Below, piece after piece: positions 1 through 7,563 of a stretch of DNA of 27,807 nucleotides. Both the position numbers and the translations under genes were made by a program. The stretch comes from a virus (Duplodnaviria > Caudoviricetes). The notes under the pieces were generated by a model, which saw only the letters and a program-made list of their open reading frames with translations, did not search any database and was not told where the DNA came from. The first letter of the stretch is position 1; each line of letters opens with the position of its first letter. The stretch covers positions 1-27,807 of IMG/VR virus record IMGVR_UViG_3300017589_000125; one strand, written 5' to 3'.

Positions 1-1
1 G

Positions 2-163
2 AATGAAACCACAGAACTTTTCATAAAAACACTAAAAAAGCAAGAAAACCTTGTTACTGAGTTTGATAATGCACTTTGGGGTAGCCTCCTTGACTACATC
101 ACGGTTTATAGCAAAGATGATGTGAGGTTTGTTTTCAAAGATAGAACGGAAATAAGGGTGTGA
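2..163 (+). CDS. 3' end of a large serine recombinase (partial)
   Basis: Frame 2 reads NETTELFIKTLKKQENLVTEFDNALWGSLLDYITVYSKDDVRFVFKDRTEIRV*. The FD..LW...LD.ITV.....F.FKD.TEI tail is typical of Firmicutes large serine recombinases. Confidence 0.8.
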   Translation, partial: NETTELFIKTLKKQENLVTEFDNALWGSLLDYITVYSKDDVRFVFKDRTEIRV

Positions 164-207
164 TGGGTTTTATAAGGCAAATTCACCACATAATATATTT
201 ATACTCG

Positions 208-236
208 TTGACAAAACTAATGATATACAGTAATAT
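208..236 (+). promoter_or_regulatory. sigma-A promoter for the cargo genes
   Basis: TTGACA (208-213), 17-nt spacer, TAATAT (231-236). Confidence 0.55.
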
Positions 237-279
237 AATAGCTATATAGATATAATATTGTAGATAGAAACAGGATATT

Positions 280-330
280 TGAGTTGTTAGCCCTATGTTT
301 TTCATGGGGTTAACAGCTCATTTTTTATTT
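280..330 (+). terminator. Intrinsic terminator/attenuator-like hairpin upstream of the lipase gene
   Basis: 18-bp stem 280-297/303-320 with three G-U pairs, followed by TTTTTTATTT. Confidence 0.6.
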
Positions 331-399
331 GCCGAAAATGAGGATAAACAAAAGCTATGTAGGCAAAAAAATCATAAAAATTAAGGAGACAAAATAACT

Positions 400-3300
400 A
401 TGAAAAGAAAATCTTTTTTAAAGAAAACACTTAGCTTATTTTTAGTGTTAACAATGATGATTTCATCAGCTAGTGTTTTTGCACAAGAAACTACAACAGG
501 GGAACAACCGTTTGTTCCTGAATACAATTTAGCAACGCTTAATCCTTTTGATTATGCTTTACTTGCAACTGGCGATAACGGCGTTGATGTGAAATCAGCT
601 ATTGCAAATATTAATGCAAACGTATATTCAGGGGGCGACTTCAAATATTCTGGCTCTCAACTAACCTTAAATGGTGAATGTAATGTTGCAGGCAAGATTA
701 TAAAAAGTAATGCAAGCATTCAAAAACCACTTGAGAACATAGTTAAACTAAATGTTACTAACTATATCGATCAAATTAAAGCAATGGTATCAGCTGATTG
801 CGATAAGTTTGAGCAAGACAAGGTTTATCAAGGTGGCACAACGACAATTGATAAAGACACTTTAATTAAAGGAAGTCTGAAAGTTTCTGCACCTATTTTA
901 AACGGCTCATCATACATAATCGCAGAAAATGATATTGAAATTAATACTTCCCTAATCCGCACAAATAAAGATAAGCCGTTTATTTTAGTATCTGAAAATG
1001 GTAATATAAATATAAACTCATCAATGGACGATTTTAACGGTATTATCTATGCACCAAATGGAACTGTTAAAATTCATTCTACAAACTTTAGTTTGAATGG
1101 AAAAATAATAGCAAAAAATATCATCTTTGAAAGTAGTAGTGTTAATGTTACTGATGATCCGGCGTTAACTGAATGGCTGAATCTATTAACCGGTAATGAT
1201 ATTGATAGTGATAGTGATGGATTATCTGACGATATCGAAAAAATGTTAGAATCAGACCCAAACAATGACGATACAGATGGTGATGGTTTAAAGGACGGAT
1301 ACGAATTTAAGCACCTTACAACTGAATTAACCCTTATCGACTCTGATAGTAATGGTATTAGTGATTATGATGAAGATTACGATGAAGATGGACTTACAAA
1401 TGGTGAGGAACAAGTGCTCGGAACACTACCTGGCGATGACGATACTGATGCCGATGGGATTTCAGATGGCGATGAAGTGAACATTCATTTTACAAATCCT
1501 ATTAACATTGATACCGATGATGATAGTTTAACCGATGATGAAGAGCTTATGCTAGGATTGAACCCTAACAATCCTAAGACTGATGGTATTACACCCGATG
1601 CAGAACGTAAATTCCAACAAAAAGCAAATGATTCTATAAAAGATGACCTTCTATTGGCGAGTGATAATTGGCTTATTTCTGGGATTTCGGGAAATGTTCC
1701 GGGTGATATATCAAAAAATGTTTTACTTGAAGTATCAGGTAATACCGTTTTTAGTGATAATCGTTCCGTTTTGAGTGATGTTATTGATATAACCACCACA
1801 TACACAGTTCCGATAACACTCACTTTTTCGTATAGTCAGACTTATACCGGTAATATGAACAATCTTAGTATTGTTTTATTCGCTGATGACGATTTAAAGG
1901 TTGTCCCTACGGCAATAGATAAATTGACTGGAACAATCTCGGGTGAAATTATTGGTGATGGAACATATTTCGTGGTTGACTTAGAAGAGTTCCTTAGAGG
2001 CATTGGTGTGGATGTTTTAGGCAATATAAAATCGGCTTCTGTTATAGAAAATGATATGTCTATAGAATCTAGTTCGTTAGATGACTTCGCAGCAAGGGTT
2101 GAACCATTACTATCAGCAACGGCTGCTGCCACGTCAAATACCATGGGAAAAGCTGACATAGCATTTGTGCTTGATGTTACAGGGTCTATGGATGACGACA
2201 TAAGAAACGTTTCCGCTAATATCAATGATTTTGTAGATAATTTAAAGTCAAATTATAACATTGATATGAATTTCTCACTCATTACCTACAATGATTACTA
2301 TGTGCCTATACAAGGGGAATATGGAACAAGAATTCATAAAAACAATTCCTCAAACTGGTTTACAAATATTAATACATTTAAGGCAGAAGTAAATAGAATA
2401 GCAAATGAAGGTTGTGGTTATGGCGCGCAAGAAGTCTTTATAGATGGTCTTGGCATGGCAAAAGATGACCTTAACTGGCGTCGCGATGCAGCTAAGTTTA
2501 TTGTTTTGCTTACAGATGAGCCGGGTGCAACGCAAAACAATTACGGCTATTCAAACATATCGGGTGTTGCAGAAGCTTTAGGAAATGATGAGATATGCGT
2601 TTCGGTGATTACAGAAAGTAATCTGCAAAGCAAGTATAGAGTTCTGTGGGAGACGACTGATGGACTATATGCGAATATAAGGGAAAATTTCAGTATAATA
2701 CTTCTTGGTTTAGCAAATAAAATAGGTGAGGTAACAAACAAAGGGGATTGGGTCTTGCTCAGCGATTATCAAGCAGTTCGCCTCGATGGTACTATTGCAG
2801 AAATTACAACCAACGACTCTGACGATGATAGACTCACTGACAAACAAGAACTGGGGCATTCCTCGGAGAAAGATTTAACCAATCTTATTCAGACGCTATT
2901 GCAGAATAACGGTGTACCACATAATCTCTATACCGGAAAGACATCAGTTACTGTTTGGAACTATTTTTCGAATCCTGTTCTTCCAGATACTGATTTTGAT
3001 GGAATAGATGATAACTATGACAGTGCCAAGAAAAGCAACAAGTTTTCAGGTAAACTTCATGGCGATCTTGATGATAACAAGAGTATTGCTAATGTTGAAT
3101 TTAAAGTGGATTATAGTTTGTTAATGGACAATAGCACTATATACAAAGATGATTTAAGCGTATTTTCTTCTTTGTTGGCAGCTGACATATATGACTGTGA
3201 TGTTGCCCTTCAAAACACCGATAAGTACAAAAAAGAAGAAAAAGTTATGGGCGAAGATAGATGGGTAGAAGTCACTGACGGTTTTGGAACTGTAATGGGG

Positions 3301-4485
3301 TCTAAAGACGAGAAATCATTAATGAGTGCGTTTGGTCTAAAAAATGTTGAGAAAATAAGCATAAACCCAGATGACTATGCGTACGATAAGAATGATATAA
3401 CTGAGTTTGTAATAGGGCATAGAACAGTTGTTCATAAAGGATTAGAAAGAGAAGTAGTTGTCATTTCGGTAAGGGGAACGAATGCTACTATCGAAGAATG
3501 GTCAAGTAATTTTGATGTTGGTGCACATATGCCGGAGTATTATGATATGACCGGCATGCATCCTGAGTGGACACATAAACTAAACCATAAAGGATTTGAT
3601 GTTGCAACCAATAGAGTTATATCTAAAGTTAATGACTATTTTTCTCGACATGCTCTTAGCGATTCACAAAAGTCTGTCCTAATTACAGGACATTCAAGGG
3701 GCGCTGCGGTAGCCAACTTGTTGGGAGCACATTTTGAAAAAAATGTTTCTAACGCTCTTTCATTCACATATACCTTTGCTGCGCCTAACCCTACAACAGA
3801 CCCAGAAGCAAAGAAATATAAAACCATATTTAACATTTTAAATGATGATGATATCGTTCCATTATTACCATTAGAGAAATGGGGATTTACAAAGTATGGT
3901 GATTGTTCAAAACATTTAAGTGTTGAGAAAAGCTATGAAAATAAGTGGGGGAAACGGCAAAATGGGACATGGGAATGGCTTATGGGTACAGACTACAATA
4001 ACAATGGCAATTATAACAATACAAAAACACGGTTAGAAGCTGTGGCAAATAATAGAGAGGACTCATACAAACTTGACACTACTGGGGATGGAAAGGTTAA
4101 TCCTCACAACGAAAGACATATAACTCTTAAAGGAGCTAAAGATGAAAAAGAAAATATTGAGAAAGAGTTGAAACAACAAGGGTTATATGAATATTGTTCT
4201 TTATCAATTCAAGGTGGAGGTTTCTTGACTCCTTACTATGTAGAATTGAATTATTCTCCGGCATTTTTAATGAAAGTTCTTGCCAATATGGCTGTTTATC
4301 CAAGGTATGCTAAATATCTAGGACAAAAAGATCTTGTAGGCAAGAGGTTAGGGTATGACCTAAAAGGAAAGTATAGAGAGGCTAAGGCTTCGTTTGCAAT
4401 AACATCAATAGGCGGAGTTGCACATCCACATACACCGGAGACTTATTATCTTATGGCGTATAATCGATTGAAACCTTTAAATTAA
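400..4485 (+). CDS. Secreted multidomain protein: signal peptide, beta-rich N-domain, DxDxDG Ca-binding (TSP3-like) repeats, vWA domain, C-terminal class-3 lipase
   Basis: Signal peptide MKRK...SVFA; repeated DSDSDG/DTDGDG; MIDAS motif DVTGSM plus LLTDE; lipase motifs VRGT, GHSRG, YTFAAP, DDIVP and C-terminal HPH; RBS AAGGAG. Confidence 0.85.
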   Translation: MKRKSFLKKTLSLFLVLTMMISSASVFAQETTTGEQPFVPEYNLATLNPFDYALLATGDNGVDVKSAIANINANVYSGGDFKYSGSQLTLNGECNVAGKIIKSNASIQKPLENIVKLNVTNYIDQIKAMVSADCDKFEQDKVYQGGTTTIDKDTLIKGSLKVSAPILNGSSYIIAENDIEINTSLIRTNKDKPFILVSENGNININSSMDDFNGIIYAPNGTVKIHSTNFSLNGKIIAKNIIFESSSVNVTDDPALTEWLNLLTGNDIDSDSDGLSDDIEKMLESDPNNDDTDGDGLKDGYEFKHLTTELTLIDSDSNGISDYDEDYDEDGLTNGEEQVLGTLPGDDDTDADGISDGDEVNIHFTNPINIDTDDDSLTDDEELMLGLNPNNPKTDGITPDAERKFQQKANDSIKDDLLLASDNWLISGISGNVPGDISKNVLLEVSGNTVFSDNRSVLSDVIDITTTYTVPITLTFSYSQTYTGNMNNLSIVLFADDDLKVVPTAIDKLTGTISGEIIGDGTYFVVDLEEFLRGIGVDVLGNIKSASVIENDMSIESSSLDDFAARVEPLLSATAAATSNTMGKADIAFVLDVTGSMDDDIRNVSANINDFVDNLKSNYNIDMNFSLITYNDYYVPIQGEYGTRIHKNNSSNWFTNINTFKAEVNRIANEGCGYGAQEVFIDGLGMAKDDLNWRRDAAKFIVLLTDEPGATQNNYGYSNISGVAEALGNDEICVSVITESNLQSKYRVLWETTDGLYANIRENFSIILLGLANKIGEVTNKGDWVLLSDYQAVRLDGTIAEITTNDSDDDRLTDKQELGHSSEKDLTNLIQTLLQNNGVPHNLYTGKTSVTVWNYFSNPVLPDTDFDGIDDNYDSAKKSNKFSGKLHGDLDDNKSIANVEFKVDYSLLMDNSTIYKDDLSVFSSLLAADIYDCDVALQNTDKYKKEEKVMGEDRWVEVTDGFGTVMGSKDEKSLMSAFGLKNVEKISINPDDYAYDKNDITEFVIGHRTVVHKGLEREVVVISVRGTNATIEEWSSNFDVGAHMPEYYDMTGMHPEWTHKLNHKGFDVATNRVISKVNDYFSRHALSDSQKSVLITGHSRGAAVANLLGAHFEKNVSNALSFTYTFAAPNPTTDPEAKKYKTIFNILNDDDIVPLLPLEKWGFTKYGDCSKHLSVEKSYENKWGKRQNGTWEWLMGTDYNNNGNYNNTKTRLEAVANNREDSYKLDTTGDGKVNPHNERHITLKGAKDEKENIEKELKQQGLYEYCSLSIQGGGFLTPYYVELNYSPAFLMKVLANMAVYPRYAKYLGQKDLVGKRLGYDLKGKYREAKASFAITSIGGVAHPHTPETYYLMAYNRLKPLN

Positions 4486-4570
4486 GATATGGGGATTAAG
4501 CAAGTTTTGTTTGCGATAAAAATGTTGTTACTGTATTTTAAGTTGTCTAAGCAGAAAGGGTGGTTTTGAA

Positions 4571-4999
4571 ATGTCTAGAAAGAAAAAAATATTAATCGTA
4601 ATAGCTTGTGAGATTGTAGTGTATTTTCTGGTATATTTAGTTGAACCATTTATGATGGACTATATTGGTATTGGTGGTAGTTTGTTTTATGGTGGTTGGT
4701 TGTTCAACGAGACTTTAGGTGCATATGTGAACTTGATTGTTGTTCCATTGTTTACTGTTATCGCTATGAATTTTTGGGTAGATGAGTTTAAGTATTGGCT
4801 AACATGGATTCCTATAAATATTATCATGAAATTTATTTACTATCCTGAAGGAGTATATGAAGATTGGTTTGGCATTGGTAATTTTGTAGTTGACTTTGTT
4901 TTCATAGTAATTCTTGTGATTCAAATCTTATGCTGGATAATTGTAAAGTTGAAAAAGCTTATTAAGAAGAAACATGATAAAAGAAAAATGGCGTTATGA
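4571..4999 (+). CDS. Small polytopic membrane protein (candidate immunity or partner protein)
   Basis: About 4 hydrophobic segments with Lys-rich termini; RBS GAAAGGG; directly downstream of the lipase gene. Confidence 0.7.
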   Translation: MSRKKKILIVIACEIVVYFLVYLVEPFMMDYIGIGGSLFYGGWLFNETLGAYVNLIVVPLFTVIAMNFWVDEFKYWLTWIPINIIMKFIYYPEGVYEDWFGIGNFVVDFVFIVILVIQILCWIIVKLKKLIKKKHDKRKMAL

Positions 5000-5058
5000 G
5001 ATAGAGTATACCTATAGTTCAATTATGGTGGTTGACAAAATTAGACCCACACACCACC

Positions 5059-5091
5059 AAGCACCCTGCATTAATTTGCAGGGTGCTTTTT
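5059..5091 (+). terminator. Rho-independent terminator
   Basis: AAGCACCCTGCA-ttaatt-TGCAGGGTGCTT followed by a T run. Confidence 0.85.
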
Positions 5092-5104
5092 CTGCCTCAA
5101 AATA

Positions 5105-5137
5105 TATGCACACGGTAAAACTGTTATGCACACGGTA
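5105..5137. repeat. 13-bp direct repeat TATGCACACGGTA
   Basis: Copies at 5105-5117 and 5125-5137, 20-bp period. Confidence 0.85.
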
Positions 5138-5152
5138 GGCTATATTTTCGCT

Positions 5153-5215
5153 ATTTGCATTGTATCAAACTCGGTAGGATGTTAGTGCATTTGATACAAA
5201 TGATACATTGCAAAT
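5153..5215. other. Putative serine-recombinase attachment site
   Basis: Perfect IR TTGTATCAAA (5160-5169)/TTTGATACAA (5190-5199) around a 20-bp core; outer IR 5153-5167/5201-5215 (14/15 match); lies downstream of recombinase + cargo. Confidence 0.5.
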
Positions 5216-5422
5216 CAGCATGAAACAACTGAATAAACACCGTGTTTCAAGGACTTTCGCAGGTTGTATGGCAACCGATGGAGGTTTTTTTATTTCTGGG
5301 AGGGTACGGTATGTGCTAACTGGTCGTTTTAGAGGAGTTCTTAGAAAGGCTATGAAAATAGGTTTAATTTGAGAGTACTACTTTCGTTTGAGAGTGCGAA
5401 TTATAAATAGTGGAGAAATATT

Positions 5423-5462
5423 TGTATAAATGTCGCTGCTTTTGGGCAGCGACATTTATACA
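5423..5462. promoter_or_regulatory. 17-bp perfect inverted repeat, operator-like
   Basis: TGTATAAATGTCGCTGC-ttttgg-GCAGCGACATTTATACA, just upstream of a -35 box. Confidence 0.7.
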
Positions 5463-5467
5463 TAAAC

Positions 5468-5496
5468 TTGACAAAAGGCAGCGAAAGTGATATACT
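5468..5496 (+). promoter_or_regulatory. sigma-A promoter of the HTH-methyltransferase operon
   Basis: TTGACA, 17-nt spacer, TGn-TATACT (extended -10). Confidence 0.8.
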
Positions 5497-5515
5497 TATA
5501 AAACGAGGTGAAAGT

Positions 5516-5866
5516 ATGTCGAATTTAGGGCGGTTGATAAAAGAACATCGAGGTGCTGCAGGGCTGTCTCAAAAAAAACTTGGTGACGCTTGTGGCATGA
5601 GTGATACTACTATTTCAAAAATTGAGGATGGCTCAAGATCTACGCCACAGTGGGATACACTTTGTAAAATATCTAAGGCGTTAGATTTTCATCCATTTGA
5701 AATACTATTAGCAGCAGGCTATATAGCAAAAAACGATATTTATCCTAACACGCAGATTCATGGTTTAGAACAGTTGGACGATGCAGAGATAGCAACCGTG
5801 CAATTATTTATAGATTTTATTAAAATGCGAAAAAGTATGGATGCTATTGCAAAGGAGGACTTGTAA
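5516..5866 (+). CDS. Xre-family HTH regulator (controller-like)
   Basis: LSQKKLGDACGMSDTTISKIEDG HTH; RBS GAGGTG before ATG 5516. The track's TTG start at 5468 is the -35 box. Confidence 0.9.
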   Translation: MSNLGRLIKEHRGAAGLSQKKLGDACGMSDTTISKIEDGSRSTPQWDTLCKISKALDFHPFEILLAAGYIAKNDIYPNTQIHGLEQLDDAEIATVQLFIDFIKMRKSMDAIAKEDL

Positions 5867-5868
5867 TT

Positions 5869-6921
5869 ATGCCGTTTACATTAGGTGAGTTGTTTTGCGG
5901 TCCAGGTGGGATTGCATGGGGCGCTATGCACGCCGATATAGGGAATCCAGAGTTCACCATTGTGCATCAATGGGCGAACGATTATGATGCAAATACTTGC
6001 GAGACATACAAGCACAACATATGTCCTAATGCACCGGAAACAGTTTATCATGAAGATATTCGCACTTTTGATATGGAGCAACTTGCACCAATTGATGCAT
6101 TAGCTTTTGGATTCCCATGTAATGACTATAGTTTGATTGGTGAACAGAAAGGCATGAATGGAGAATTTGGCCCCCTTTATTCTTATGGAGTTAGAGCTTT
6201 AAGAATGTTCCGACCACAATGGTTCGTAGCGGAAAATGTCGGCGGCTTAAGAAGTGCAAATAACGGAACTGCCCTTACAAGAATATTAATGGAACTAAGA
6301 GAATCGGGCTATGTTATTACACCTCACTTATACAAGTTCGAGGAGTATGGTATACCACAGGCAAGACACAGATTAATAATAGTTGGTATTCGTGATGATA
6401 TAGATGTGGAATACCGAGTTCCTTCAACAGCCCCGTATGTTAATATAGATAATTCTTGCCGAACGGCAATTGAAGTGCCACCAATTCCTGCTGGTGCTTT
6501 TAATAATGAACTGACAAGACAGTCTCCGACAGTTGTGCAGAGACTTCAGCATATTCTTCCTGGTCAAAATGCGTTTACTGCAAATTTGCCTGAGGAACTG
6601 CAGCTCAACATTAGAGGAGTAAGAATCAGTCAGATTTACAAGAGACTCAACCCCAATCTCCCATCTTATACGGTTACTGGAAGCGGAGGCGGAGGAACTC
6701 ATATGTATCATTGGGAAGAGCCGAGAGCATTAACTAATAGAGAAAGAGCAAGATTGCAAACATTCCCTGATAACTATGAATTTATTGGAAACAAGGAAAG
6801 TGTAAGAAAGCAGATAGGAATGGCAGTACCATGCAGAGGGGCTCAAATTATATTTGAAACCATTTTGCGTTGCTTTGCAGGAATTGATTATCCAGCAATA
6901 GATGCAAATATAATCGAATAA
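5869..6921 (+). CDS. dcm: DNA (cytosine-5) methyltransferase, M.BbvI-like (probable GCWGC)
   Basis: Motif I ELFCGPGG, IV FPCN, VI ENV, VIII QARHR, IX RERARLQTFPD, X IGMAV. Resembles M.BbvI as I recall it (SYTVTGSGGGGTH.YHWEEPRALT); the specificity is inferred. Confidence 0.95.
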   Translation: MPFTLGELFCGPGGIAWGAMHADIGNPEFTIVHQWANDYDANTCETYKHNICPNAPETVYHEDIRTFDMEQLAPIDALAFGFPCNDYSLIGEQKGMNGEFGPLYSYGVRALRMFRPQWFVAENVGGLRSANNGTALTRILMELRESGYVITPHLYKFEEYGIPQARHRLIIVGIRDDIDVEYRVPSTAPYVNIDNSCRTAIEVPPIPAGAFNNELTRQSPTVVQRLQHILPGQNAFTANLPEELQLNIRGVRISQIYKRLNPNLPSYTVTGSGGGGTHMYHWEEPRALTNRERARLQTFPDNYEFIGNKESVRKQIGMAVPCRGAQIIFETILRCFAGIDYPAIDANIIE

Positions 6922-6964
6922 AAAAAGCTACTACACCAAAATATAAATGGGGTAGTAGCTTTTT
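6922..6964. terminator. Bidirectional terminator between convergent genes
   Basis: AAAAAGCTACTAC ... GTAGTAGCTTTTT. Confidence 0.8.
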
Positions 6965-6988
6965 ATTATACTGACAATGTAGAAAGTG

Positions 6989-7390
6989 TTAAATTATCTC
7001 AAGCAAAACTGAGGTTGGGTTTATCCAAGTGACTCTTACTGAGTTGTTTAAGGTTGCACCGCAATTTCGATACCAATTTCCTATCATTTGAAGATTGCCT
7101 TTAACAGAAAATTGTTTTGCATAAATATCTCCGGCATTGCTACATCCCTGTGCAAGTAGAACTACGTTATTCAAAAATCCATCAATGGAGTTTGCATAGA
7201 ATAGATTGTGTCCAACCCCCGTGTGTCTGTGATTTGAATTAAATATTCCATAGTTCATAGCACAGTTCTTAGGGATAGGAATATATCCTTCTCCAGGTAT
7301 GATATCCCTGTTGGTAGGGTTCCTATGTTCACCCCAATGTAAATGTGAGGGTTTTAATGATACAGTGTATGTATCTCCAGTGTTAGCCAT
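6989..7390 (-). CDS. Hypothetical protein, stand-alone B3-like (NgoFVII C-terminal-type) DNA-recognition domain
   Basis: SHLHWG..R...EGYIPIP and DG...KQFSVKGNLQMIGNW, which parallels DDG...KQFSAVGDELIMGRW in the C-terminus of the neighbouring nuclease; RBS AAGGAG favours ATG 7390. Confidence 0.6.
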   Translation of the reverse strand: MANTGDTYTVSLKPSHLHWGEHRNPTNRDIIPGEGYIPIPKNCAMNYGIFNSNHRHTGVGHNLFYANSIDGFLNNVVLLAQGCSNAGDIYAKQFSVKGNLQMIGNWYRNCGATLNNSVRVTWINPTSVLLEII

Positions 7391-7563
7391 ATTATTCATC
7401 TCCTTTGACATATGGTATAAACAGAACTATCATATTTCTATCTATACATAGGAAGTTGTATTTTGCTCAACATAGAAAGATTTAACTCGGAAACAACCTT
7501 CTTAATCTGACATTCACATATAATAAGAACCTGTCCACCTTGTTGTTTACGCAAAGGGTATTT

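Noticed and set aside
1195-1600. Repetitive GAT-rich DNA
   Set aside because: Explained by Asp-rich Ca-binding protein repeats; not a CRISPR array or DNA repeat element
1074-3836. Minus-strand ORFs within the lipase gene
   Set aside because: Antisense shadows of a well-supported gene, with no motifs or RBS
5030-5040. GGTTGACAAAA identical to the SNF2 disruption site (24239-24249)
   Set aside because: An 11-mer that resembles the common TTGACA promoter box; the similarity does not extend, so probably chance
5298-5372. RBS-like GGAGGG followed by ATG-TGC-TAA or a 19-codon GTG ORF
   Set aside because: Too short and unsupported
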